NCBI GenBank assembly: GCA_017469545.1
Contig: JAFUGE010000006.1
Coordinates: forward strand, 95,167 to 159,166
Length of the DNA: 64,000 nucleotides
Direction of reading: 5' to 3'
Source: Clostridia bacterium
GTDB lineage: Bacteria; Bacillota; Clostridia; TANB77; UBA1234
Shown: positions 42,864 through 51,414 of the stretch, in pieces
Position numbering within the stretch: the first letter of the stretch is position 1
How the letters are laid out: every line of letters begins with the position of its first letter
Position numbers and translations under genes: made by a program
Notes under the pieces: generated by a model
Seen by the model: the letters and a program-made list of their open reading frames with translations, nothing else
What the model was told of the DNA's origin: nothing
The model's database searches: none

Positions 42864-44653
42864 TACTAATAACAATTCACCTCAAAGACCTATGGGAAGA
42901 GGAAGAGGTAGAGTAGCTTTTGAGAGTGCAAAGGATACAAAGGGAACTTTGAAGAGACTACTTAAGTACATTGAAAAAGATAAGAAAAAATTAGTTGTTG
43001 TATTTTTACTGGTTATCGTAAGTTCACTTACCAGCATTCTATCTACCTCAATTTTAAAACCTATCGTGGACGATTATATCGCTCCGAAGGATTGGCCAGG
43101 ACTAATTAGAATGATTGGACTAATGATTTTACTTGCTGTGATAGGCGCACTTGCAACTTTAGTGCAAAATAGAATTATGCTTAAGATATCACAAACTACG
43201 GTAAGAGATTTGAGAAGAGATGTATTCAATCAGCTAGTAAAACTACCAATTCGATATTATGATACGCATTCTAGCGGCGAGCTTATGAGTAGAATTACGA
43301 ATGACCTTCAAAACGTGACGGATATTTTATCTAGTAGTATTGTCAGTATCTTTTCCAATGTGCTTACATTTGTAGGAGTAACCGTGGCAATGCTAATGAT
43401 AAGCCCTACACTGACACTTTTAAATATTATAGCAATTCCAATTATTATATTGATCACTTCTAAAATTGCAAAAATCAATAGAAAACAATTTATGGCACAA
43501 CAAGCGGAACTACGGAAGAATCAATGGATTTATCGAAGAAAGAATTTCAGGCCAATATGTTGTCAAAGCTTTTGAAATGGAAAACAAGAGTATGGAGGAA
43601 TTTTCTGTTATCAATAATGATTACAGAAAAGTAGGAATCAAAGCAGAAGCTTTTGCGGGACTTGTCATGCCACTTGCAAGAAACTTAAATGGATTAACTT
43701 ATGCAGCTACCATAGTTGTTGCTGGAATATTAGGCGTAAGAGGAACATTATCAATTGGAGATTTTACGACATTGACGAGATTTGCAAGACAGTTTGGACA
43801 ACCGATTAATGAAATCGCAAATCAGTTTAGTTCGATTCAATTAGGATTAGCAAGTGCAGAGAGATGTTTTGAAATCATTGACGAGAAAATAGAGATTGCA
43901 GACGATATCAGTAAAGTGGAATTGGAAAATGTTAAGGGCGAAGTAAAAATCGAGGGCGTTTATTTTGGTTATGACGAGGGTAAAACAGTCCTTAAAAATA
44001 TCAATCTGGACGTGAAGCCTGGTGAAGTAATCGCGATTGTGGGCCCTACTGGTGCAGGAAAGACGACGATTGTGAACTTACTTACTCGTTTTTACGATGT
44101 TAACAAAGGCAGAATTTTGATAGACGGAATCGATATTAGAGATATGTCAAGAAAATCACTTCGTGAAGCAATTGGCATGGTGTTGCAAGACACGGTTTTA
44201 TTTGCAGAAACAGTGAGAAATAATATCCTATTTGGAAAGCTTGACGCCACAGAAAAAGAATTAGAGACAGCATCAGAAATGGCAAGAGCAGACGAGTTTA
44301 TTAATCACTTACGTGATGGCTATGATACACTTCTTAATGAAGACGGAGGCAACTTAAGTGTTGGTCAAAGACAGCTTTTAAACATTGCAAGAGTGTTTAT
44401 TAATCAACCTAAGATTTTAATCTTAGACGAAGCAACAAGTAATGTTGACACAAGAACAGAAGTAAAAATTCAAGAAGCAATGTTGGAGCTAATGAAAGGA
44501 AGAACAAGTTTTGTCATTGCCCATCGACTTTCCACCATTAGAAATGCTGATAAAATTATTGTCATTGACAATGGCCAAATCATAGAAGCGGGCACGCATA
44601 AGGAACTAATTGAAAAACAAGGAAGATATTATCAGCTATATACTGGTGTGTAA
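42856..44653 (+). pseudogene. ABC exporter, fused permease/ATPase, second subunit, interrupted by a +1 frameshift near 43513
   Basis: ORFs 42856..43575 and 43466..44653 are contiguous in sequence (...FMAQQAEL | GRINGFIEERISGQ...). Removing C43513 restores the frame. NBD motifs GPTGAGKTT and LSVGQRQL follow. Confidence 0.65.
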
Positions 44654-44662
44654 AGAGAAAAT

Positions 44663-44689
44663 TGTAGGGGCGGCGTATTACGCCGCCCA
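44663..44689 (+). repeat. REP-like repeat (3' CCCAC variant)
   Basis: TGTAGGGGCGGCGTATTACGCCGCCCAC. Confidence 0.8.
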
Positions 44690-44699
44690 CACACGTTTT

Positions 44700-45608
44700 T
44701 TACATTTTTTCGATTTCTTCTACTGAAAGGCCAGTGATTTCAGCAATTGTTTCTACTGGAATTCCTTTGTCCTTAGATTTTTTTGCAATTTCAATTTGCT
44801 TTTCTTTTCTACCACGTTTTTCGCCGCGTTTCTCACCACGTTTCTCACCACGTTTCTCGCCAACCTTTTCGCCCTCTGTTCTAGCATACTGTATTCCACT
44901 ATTGTAGTCTAGCTCCCATTTTCTCTTTAAAAAAGCTAATCTTCTTACAGCTTCGTCTCCCACTAAATATTCATATTCTTCGGAAGCTTCTTTGATTAAA
45001 TTATTTTTCTCCTCAGCCATTTTTACTAACTCCTTTCGTGAGTAATCAATGAATAAAAGCCATTGATCTAATTTCCTGTCAATATTGATTTCACTTCTTA
45101 AGAACTTAGGCAGTTCTATGAAGTGTATCTCTTGTTCTTCTAATGTTTTGCTTTTATTATGCTGCTCTGTCATTTTCCAGATAGTATGGTGCTCCTTAAT
45201 ATCTTTAAAATAATCGAAATTTAAGATACCAATGGCAATTGCTTTGTTTAATTCATTATATGTTTTTCCTTTTTGCAAATCGCTTGTATATAGCTGGTTT
45301 AAATAGTATGTCAATCTTTTTTCAATATTGCCTTGATTCACATTTTGCATTTCAATATCGATAAGAGTGCCATCGTCAAATTCGGCTCTAACATCTAATA
45401 TACCAACTTTATCGTCCAGGTTTTCAGGCAATAATTCTGTCTCTTTTTCGAGAATCACATCTTTGATTCTAATATTCAGAATAGCCTCAAGGAACTCTTT
45501 CACTTTCTCTTTACTTTTTACTCTGCCAAATAGCCTCTTAAAAATCACATCATTTTTAGGCACCAAAATTTCTTCTTCATTAATCATATTATACATCATT
45601 CCTTTCAA
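44700..45608 (-). CDS. Rpn-family (YhgA-like, PD-(D/E)XK) recombination-promoting nuclease / putative transposase
   Basis: N-terminal PKNDVIFKRLFG and ILDVRAEFDDGTLIDIEMQ nuclease core. Internal 12-bp tandem repeats encode (GEKR)4. C-terminal ...ITGLSVEEIEK. Confidence 0.7.
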   Translation of the reverse strand: MKGMMYNMINEEEILVPKNDVIFKRLFGRVKSKEKVKEFLEAILNIRIKDVILEKETELLPENLDDKVGILDVRAEFDDGTLIDIEMQNVNQGNIEKRLTYYLNQLYTSDLQKGKTYNELNKAIAIGILNFDYFKDIKEHHTIWKMTEQHNKSKTLEEQEIHFIELPKFLRSEINIDRKLDQWLLFIDYSRKELVKMAEEKNNLIKEASEEYEYLVGDEAVRRLAFLKRKWELDYNSGIQYARTEGEKVGEKRGEKRGEKRGEKRGRKEKQIEIAKKSKDKGIPVETIAEITGLSVEEIEKM

Positions 45609-45872
45609 ATTTACTAGTCCTTTTATATCTTTTTGTCATTTGCATGGTTAATGATAAACTTCCTCCTTTCTTTTTATATTTCTTGTTTGGAAAAATTCTT
45701 GTAGCGGATGCTACAAAATAGAATTTGTTTAGATAGGCGAGAAGCCTATCTAAAGATTAAGTACATGTTACATTGGAATTTTTTATTTGTCAATACAAAT
45801 TTTGGAAAAATTTGTTGCTTTTTCGTTTTTAATTTGCTAGAATTTAATTGTAGGAAATTCACGGGCGTAATC

Positions 45873-45899
45873 GGGCGGCGTGATACGCCGCCCCTACAA
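45873..45899 (-). repeat. REP-like repeat, inverse orientation (first of a cluster at 45848-46327)
   Basis: CGGGCGGCGTGATACGCCGCCCCTACAA, preceded by a truncated forward copy TGTAGGAAATTCACGGGCG. Confidence 0.8.
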
Positions 45900-45932
45900 A
45901 TGTACGTCAATGTGGGCGCAAACCCGTATGCC

Positions 45933-45960
45933 TGTAAGGGCAGCGTAATACGTTGCCCAC
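45933..45960 (+). repeat. REP-like repeat, degenerate (GTAAGGG head)
   Basis: TGTAAGGGCAGCGTAATACGTTGCCCAC. Confidence 0.65.
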
Positions 45961-46049
45961 AAACAGGGTTGATACACGTTAATTGCAACAAAGATATAAA
46001 AATTGGAGGAAACAAATGAGAAATAAAAACCATGTAACCGTTGGGGCTG

Positions 46050-46067
46050 TACACACACACACACACA
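46050..46067. repeat. (AC)9 dinucleotide microsatellite
   Basis: ACACACACACACACACAC, ~300 bp upstream of the DGR target gene. Confidence 0.9.
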
Positions 46068-46100
46068 CACACGAACGTTTCGTTAAACATAGAATTTGCT

Positions 46101-46128
46101 CGTAAGGGTGGCGAATTACGCCGCCCAC
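46101..46128 (+). repeat. REP-like repeat, degenerate
   Basis: CGTAAGGGTGGCGAATTACGCCGCCCAC. Confidence 0.65.
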
Positions 46129-46246
46129 AGAACGCGTGCGAGAATAATAGAATAAGAGACGGATAAAATAGAGGCTGGCTTTGTGTCTTTTGGCACGAGG
46201 CTGGTCTTTTTGCGTTCTCGTGGTGGGCATGGCGGGCGGCGCAATC

Positions 46247-46327
46247 GGGCGGCGTAATACGCCGCCCCTACAAAATATGCATCAATGAGGGATACATGCC
46301 TGTAGGGGCAGCGTATCACGCTGCCCG
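46247..46327. repeat. inverse + forward REP-like pair
   Basis: CGGGCGGCGTAATACGCCGCCCCTACAA ... CTGTAGGGGCAGCGTATCACGCTGCCCG. Confidence 0.85.
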
Positions 46328-46362
46328 AAAAGAGAAATTAAAACGGAAGGAATGATTTAAAA

Positions 46363-47316
46363 ATGAAAAATAAAAAAGGTATTTCATTAATCAGTTTAAT
46401 TATTACAATTGTTGTGATTATTATTTTAGCAACAATTGTAATCAGAGGCACAGGAGATTCTGCAGAAGAAGCAAGGTTTGCAAGATTTGCACAAGAGTTT
46501 TCGGATTTCCAAGATGCAATTGACCAACAATTTTTATTTGCATACAAAAGATATGCCTTAAAAGCGCAGAGTGTTTCTAAGGCACAAATCTATTATGGCC
46601 TAGCGACGGGACAAACAGTAACGAGCAGTACGACACCAGTGGCTGCAGGCACGGTGGCTAGCCTTAGTATTCAGCCGAGTGCGCTTTTAGGCACAAATTA
46701 TTACGAAATTGCAAATGATACGAATATTCCAAATTGGTCGGAGGATAAAGGGTACACAACAGCGAGAAGTGCAGAGCATCACTACATTACAGACGAAGGA
46801 GAACTATTTACTCTACCAGGATATACGTATAGAGAAAATGGCACAACGAGTTACTATGTGAATGCCAGCAAGTATTATACAGGCAGCATGATAGACGTAG
46901 AAGATTTAGCAAGTGGTGGGACAGATTTGGAGAAGTTACAAGCTTTGCTTTTAGGAGATCAATATTATCCTGGATATAGTTTAAGCTTATCTGATGGCAC
47001 GAGTGCAATGTGGCTAGATTATAATACGACTACAGGTGATTTTATAGTAGGATATAACGACGTAGCGTACAGAGTCGTGTATGGCGAGGATACTAATGGA
47101 GATTGGGTAATCACAAGCGTCACATCTGCAGGTAGTGTTAATTTAAGTAGCTTAGGAATGCACAGTGGATCACTTGTGACATATAGAGGAACATTTACGA
47201 GTAGCCAATACTCACAAAATAGAAGTATCTATTGGGTAAATAATATTGATAGTACAGGCTATGATTTTGGATATGATGCTTCGGGGGCGCTCGTGTCTTA
47301 CCGGATTACCGGCTAA
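46363..47316 (+). CDS. candidate DGR target protein: prepilin-like N-terminus (MKNKKG|ISLISL + hydrophobic helix), Tyr/Gly/Thr-rich body, variable-region candidate at the extreme C-terminus
   Basis: The 3' end (47278..47349) shares an adenine-free 18-nt block and a 36-nt post-stop block with the TR at 48333..48416. Between them the gene has TCTTACCGGATTACCGGC where the TR has an A-rich segment. Confidence 0.55.
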   Translation: MKNKKGISLISLIITIVVIIILATIVIRGTGDSAEEARFARFAQEFSDFQDAIDQQFLFAYKRYALKAQSVSKAQIYYGLATGQTVTSSTTPVAAGTVASLSIQPSALLGTNYYEIANDTNIPNWSEDKGYTTARSAEHHYITDEGELFTLPGYTYRENGTTSYYVNASKYYTGSMIDVEDLASGGTDLEKLQALLLGDQYYPGYSLSLSDGTSAMWLDYNTTTGDFIVGYNDVAYRVVYGEDTNGDWVITSVTSAGSVNLSSLGMHSGSLVTYRGTFTSSQYSQNRSIYWVNNIDSTGYDFGYDASGALVSYRITG

Positions 47317-47349
47317 GTGAGCCGTTGCCAGCGGTGTGAGTCGGCGCAG
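47278..47349 (+). other. DGR variable-region (VR) candidate plus IMH-like 3' element
   Basis: GCTTCGGGGGCGCTCGTG (no adenines) + an 18-nt variable segment + TAAGTGAGCCGTTGCCAGCGGTGTGAGTCGGCGCAG. Both flanks are identical to those of the TR. Confidence 0.5.
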
Positions 47350-47404
47350 TTTCTATCCTCTAAAATCCATGGCGCAGAGCGTAACATGTCAGTAAAGTGA
47401 AATA

Positions 47405-47432
47405 CGGGCAGCGTACTACGCTGCCCCTACGG
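47405..47432 (-). repeat. REP-like repeat, inverse
   Basis: CGGGCAGCGTACTACGCTGCCCCTACGG. Confidence 0.85.
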
Positions 47433-47522
47433 ATTGTGCATACATATAATAATTACATGGAAACGTCATTTACCTTCGTGCCCACTTGGCACAACGTATT
47501 TTAAACAAGGAGAAAAACAATA

Positions 47523-47966
47523 ATGAATAAAATCATGATTGCTGTGAAAGAGGTACATCCTCAAGATATATGTATGTATAAAAAAGGCTCGTTTTACCAT
47601 GTGTATGATAAAGATGCTAACATAATGGCGTATTTTTTTGGCTATAAAATAAAAGAGATAAGAGGCGGTGAGATACAGGCGGGTTTTCCGCAAGTCTCTC
47701 TTCAAAAAGTATTGAATAAACTAGAAGAATATCAAATTAATTATGTGGTAATGGATAGAAGAAATCAGTATGATGTAGATTTTAAAAAGAATTTTGCGTT
47801 GGCAAATCAATATGAATTATACTGTCGTTTGGCTCGTAAGTATACGAACTGTTTGAAGCGTATTGATAAGCTATCTCGTTTTTTGAAAGAGAATATTCAT
47901 AAGGAAGAATTTTTAGAATTAATTTCTAGATTGGAAAAAATAGCATATGAGAGAAGAAAAGTTTAA
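47523..47966 (+). CDS. hypothetical protein (147 aa) within the DGR island, low GC
   Basis: ORF with RBS AAGGAG. Overlaps the avd start by 20 nt. No HuH or other recognised motif. Confidence 0.4.
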   Translation: MNKIMIAVKEVHPQDICMYKKGSFYHVYDKDANIMAYFFGYKIKEIRGGEIQAGFPQVSLQKVLNKLEEYQINYVVMDRRNQYDVDFKKNFALANQYELYCRLARKYTNCLKRIDKLSRFLKENIHKEEFLELISRLEKIAYERRKV

Positions 47967-48300
47967 AGTCATTCAGTTTATACGAAAATTAATTTTGGAA
48001 GTGGACAAAGAGCTTGAAAATTTTCCTAAAAAGGATTTAGAGATAAAGAATAGACTTAGAACTTCAAGTTATGATTTGTTGGAACTTGCGTATGAAGCAA
48101 ATTCCACAAAAAATTTGGAGTTTAAGCAGGAATTACTAACGCGAATGATTGCAAAGATAAAAATAATGGACTTTTTACTTAATTTAAGTTATGACAAAAA
48201 TCTACTAACGGAGAGAAAGTATTTGAAGTTAGCAAAAATCATTGACGATATTGCCAAGTATACTAATGGTTGGCAAAAAAATATCGTAGGGCAAAGTTGA
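47947..48300 (+). CDS. avd: four-helix-bundle protein, DGR accessory variability determinant (Avd)-like
   Basis: About 117 aa, with a pattern matching the four-helix-bundle/Avd family (FPKK...L..Q...S). Lies immediately upstream of the TR. Confidence 0.65.
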   Translation: MREEKFKVIQFIRKLILEVDKELENFPKKDLEIKNRLRTSSYDLLELAYEANSTKNLEFKQELLTRMIAKIKIMDFLLNLSYDKNLLTERKYLKLAKIIDDIAKYTNGWQKNIVGQS

Positions 48301-48332
48301 GAAAAGCGCACTTTTTTGGTTAGGGCATTATT

Positions 48333-48416
48333 GCTTCGGGGGCGCTCGTGAATTACGAAAAACCAAAAACCGAAAAATAATAAGTGAGCCGTTGCCAGCG
48401 GTGTGAGTCGGCGCAG
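48333..48416 (+). other. DGR template repeat (TR) candidate with IMH*-like 3' element
   Basis: GCTTCGGGGGCGCTCGTG + AATTACGAAAAACCAAAAACCGAAAAATAA (21 of 30 nt are A) + TAAGTGAGCCGTTGCCAGCGGTGTGAGTCGGCGCAG. Confidence 0.5.
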
Positions 48417-48575
48417 CTTCTAAAAAACTGTGGTTGCATTGACCAATTGTAATGCAAGAGAAGTTTTAGATAGAAACAGATTTTGTCCTTTCGCTTAAAT
48501 AGCGATAAAATAAAAATAGATAATCAAATTTGTTAGTAGCTTGATAGCGAAGGGGAGTTTGATTTAGTACTATTT

Positions 48576-49541
48576 TTAATGGTGCCTTAGTATTAAGGTG
48601 CCATTTTTACATAGGGCTTTGTAAAATACCAATGTTGAGCAAAGGCCATAGAGCGAAACGTTACCACATTGATATCTATGATATTTTAACTTTGTTTTTT
48701 TCTTTATCCTTTGATGCTTAGCATAAATGCCGGCAGTATTTCTTCCTAAAAAGATAAAGTTATTTTTATGATTATAAATTCTCGTTTTCGAATTTAAAGT
48801 GAGTTTTTCTTTTGCTAGAAATTTTTTGATTTCTTCCAGACAGTGTTTTAAATAGTCTTTTGATGGGTGAAATAGTAAAAAATCGTCTTGATATCTCACA
48901 TAGTATTTTACTTTTAGTTGTTCTTTGATAAAGTGATCAAGATCATTTAAATAAAATAAAGCTAGCATTTGACTTGTCATAGTACCGATATGGAGGCCTT
49001 CAGCATTACTGTCGATAATATCAAATACGATTTTTAATGCATCTTTATCTTTGATTCTGCGTGAAATTTTTTGCTTTAAAATATCATGATTAATACTGGC
49101 AAAGAATTTGGTAATATCGCATTTTAAAATATAAAAATTTTTGTATTTTATTTTACATTTTCTTCTATACATATTTGCAAGAGCAATTCCTTTGTTTGTT
49201 CCCATTCTCTTTCTAGAGGCGACGTTTGCGTCTGACAAACACGGAAGTAGGGAGGGATATAGAATATATTTTGTTACTAGGTGATTCACGATTTTATCTT
49301 CTATGCCTTGACTATAAATTTCTCTTGTTTTGGTGTCATGAATAATAAATCTATTATATTTTCCTACTTGATAATTTCTTTCGGATAATGTTTTGTAAGT
49401 CCTTGCGATGTATATAGATTGATAGTCACGAAGCAATTCTTTTTTACGCTTGCTCATTATATTCTGCGAAATCTTTTGATAGGCGTATTTGATATTTTGA
49501 ATATTGCACATGTTTTCATACAAATTATTTTTTCTTTTCAT
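48576..49541 (-). CDS. DGR-type reverse transcriptase
   Basis: RT motifs closely parallel the Bordetella phage Brt: NLYEN..AYQK, KCDITKFFASINH, the DGR-specific motif-4 IGTMTSQ (IGxxxSQ), YVRYQDDFLLF (YxDD), and NFIFLGRN. Start at MKRKNN has RBS GGAGAA. Confidence 0.85.
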   Translation of the reverse strand: MKRKNNLYENMCNIQNIKYAYQKISQNIMSKRKKELLRDYQSIYIARTYKTLSERNYQVGKYNRFIIHDTKTREIYSQGIEDKIVNHLVTKYILYPSLLPCLSDANVASRKRMGTNKGIALANMYRRKCKIKYKNFYILKCDITKFFASINHDILKQKISRRIKDKDALKIVFDIIDSNAEGLHIGTMTSQMLALFYLNDLDHFIKEQLKVKYYVRYQDDFLLFHPSKDYLKHCLEEIKKFLAKEKLTLNSKTRIYNHKNNFIFLGRNTAGIYAKHQRIKKKTKLKYHRYQCGNVSLYGLCSTLVFYKALCKNGTLILRHH

Positions 49542-49564
49542 AAATTTCTCCAATGTGCAGAAAT

Positions 49565-49597
49565 AAAAATGACTTCTCATTTTGAGAAGTCATTTTT
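49565..49597. terminator. bidirectional hairpin between the AKP gene and the RT
   Basis: AAAAATGACTTCTC-AAAAT-GAGAAGTCATTTTT, a perfect 14-bp stem with A/T tails on both sides. Confidence 0.6.
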
Positions 49598-49606
49598 ATT
49601 TCAAAA

Positions 49607-49951
49607 CTATTTTTTTGCTACGGCTTTTTTAGCAACAGCTTTTTTAGCTGGAGCCTTCTTAGCGGCTGGTTTAGCAGCTACTTTTTTAGCTGGAGCTTTC
49701 TTAGCAGCTGGTTTAGCAGCTACCTTTTTAGCTGGAGCTTTCTTAGCAGCTGGTTTAGCAGCTACCTTTTTAGCTGGAGCAGCTTTCTTAGCAGCTGGTT
49801 TAGCAGCTACTTTTTTAGCTGGAGCAGCTTTCTTAGCAGCTGGTTTAGCAGCTGTCTTTTTAGCTGGAGCAGCTTTCTTAGCAGCTGGTTTAGCAGCTAC
49901 CTTTTTAGCTGGAGCAGCTTTTTTAGCTGCAGTTTTCTTTGCTACTGGCAT
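49607..49951 (-). CDS. Ala/Lys/Pro-repeat histone-H1-like basic protein (tandem 36-bp repeats)
   Basis: MPVAKKTAAKKAAPAKKVAAKPAAKK... RBS AGAAGGGGGGG lies upstream. The plus-strand ORF 49419..49976 (AFLAG repeats) is its mirror image. Confidence 0.6.
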   Translation of the reverse strand: MPVAKKTAAKKAAPAKKVAAKPAAKKAAPAKKTAAKPAAKKAAPAKKVAAKPAAKKAAPAKKVAAKPAAKKAPAKKVAAKPAAKKAPAKKVAAKPAAKKAPAKKAVAKKAVAKK

Positions 49952-50239
49952 TGGATTGCCCCCCCTTCTTTTGTAAAACTTTTTTGAAAAAAGTTTTTAT
50001 ATACATTTTCAATTTATACTACAATTAAAATATAACTAATTTCAACATTTTTTGCAATACTTTATCGAAAAATTTTTAAAAAAGTTTGATGGTTAGTCGA
50101 CTAACTATCAAAAATAAATTCGATAAACGCAGTAATATCAATAGATGCAAAGAATGTAAATAAAATGTAAAACTTTTTCAAAAAATCGCTAGTATTTTAA
50201 AAAAGAATATATTATAATGAGAATAAAGGTGGTGGATGT

Positions 50240-51379
50240 ATGGAATACGATAAACTGCTAAGAGAAGAAAAAAGAAAAATTGCTAATTTAATTAATCATG
50301 AATTTGTAAATTTAGATTTTTCAAATTTGAAAATGATTTTAGATAATAACTATAACGAACCAAGATGGATGGATGTATACATCTTACTATATAAAGCGAA
50401 ATTGCCAGCGGATATTGAAGCATATGATATTTTACTTGAGAAATTATCAAAGCCGTTATTAAAATTTTATTTTAAAAATGAAGATGAAAAAAGATATATT
50501 GTGAGTGCCAACGACAGAATTATGAACGAGTATGTGAGGTATTTAATTACGAAAGAAAAAGTTCCATACAGTTTTGAAGCACAATATATGCCGGATAAAG
50601 AGTACATCAAAGAAATTTTGAAATATAATAAATTTAGAAAATGTGGTATCTATGTAAAACACATTAATGAAAATGAATTTTTACTAGAACCGATTAATTA
50701 CAAAATAACAAATATAGAAGAAGCAAAAGAAGTTTATGAAAAAATATTTGAAGCTTACGATTTATTTGTTAATTTAAAAATGGATAAGAAAAATTTCTTG
50801 GAAAATTTTGATATGTGTATTGAGTTGGGACACGACAAGAGAATGATTGCAACGCTTAGTACAATGCTTACGTACTTTGATATTGATTTTGTTGTTGAGA
50901 ATGATTACATTACGATTCAAAATACTAAGATTAAAATTGAAGACGAAGAAAGTGCCAAATATTTTCAAGAGCGTTTGTTAGACGCTTATCAATTTTTTAG
51001 AAATGTAATCAATAGTGAAAACAAAAGAGACATTGTCAGTGAAGTATATAACAGAAAAGTTTCTCCGGAGATTATGAAACAATTTACAAGCGAAATTGCT
51101 AGATATTTAAATATCATAGAGAATAAGGATTTAGCTGATTGGATTGTTACGATTTCGAGAGAGAGCAAATATACATTAAAGATAACATTTGACGAGCAAG
51201 GCGTGTTTTACATAGAAGACGCGATTATTGTGACTCCGTTAGACGCCAGAGAATACTACATTGATTATATGGAGCACAAGAAAGATAAGGTAAGTATGGT
51301 GGCATATCAAAATACCATTTTAAATCGTATCAAAAAGGTTTGGAATGTCATTAAGAGCAAATTTGGGAAAAAGAGATAG
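50240..51379 (+). CDS. hypothetical protein (379 aa), very low GC (~27%)
   Basis: Long ORF with RBS AAAGGTGGTGGATG. Lys/Glu/Asn/Tyr-rich. No recognisable motif. Confidence 0.5.
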   Translation: MEYDKLLREEKRKIANLINHEFVNLDFSNLKMILDNNYNEPRWMDVYILLYKAKLPADIEAYDILLEKLSKPLLKFYFKNEDEKRYIVSANDRIMNEYVRYLITKEKVPYSFEAQYMPDKEYIKEILKYNKFRKCGIYVKHINENEFLLEPINYKITNIEEAKEVYEKIFEAYDLFVNLKMDKKNFLENFDMCIELGHDKRMIATLSTMLTYFDIDFVVENDYITIQNTKIKIEDEESAKYFQERLLDAYQFFRNVINSENKRDIVSEVYNRKVSPEIMKQFTSEIARYLNIIENKDLADWIVTISRESKYTLKITFDEQGVFYIEDAIIVTPLDAREYYIDYMEHKKDKVSMVAYQNTILNRIKKVWNVIKSKFGKKR

Positions 51380-51408
51380 TTGACATTCATAGCAATTCGT
51401 GCTAGAAT
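51380..51408 (+). promoter_or_regulatory. sigma-A promoter of the SRP RNA gene
   Basis: TTGACA-17 nt-TAGAAT. Confidence 0.65.
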
Positions 51409-51414
51409 GAAGAA

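Noticed and set aside
47523-47966. ORF147 inside the DGR island as a candidate RAYT or IS200-like transposase for the GTAG repeats
   Set aside because: It has no HuH (His-hydrophobic-His) motif or catalytic Tyr pattern, and its composition is unlike TnpA. It is left as hypothetical.
48576-49541. Reverse transcriptase as a group II intron or retron RT
   Set aside because: It has the DGR-specific IGxxxSQ motif and is Brt-like throughout. There is no maturase or X domain, no intron RNA domains V/VI, and no msr/msd-like inverted repeats. An Avd gene and an A-rich TR with matching VR flanks are adjacent.
49419-49976. Plus-strand 185-aa ORF made of AFLAGAFLAAGLAAT repeats
   Set aside because: It is the reverse-complement reading of the 36-bp repeats. 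The minus-strand Ala/Lys/Pro product has an RBS and a proper start, and it is the biologically plausible one.
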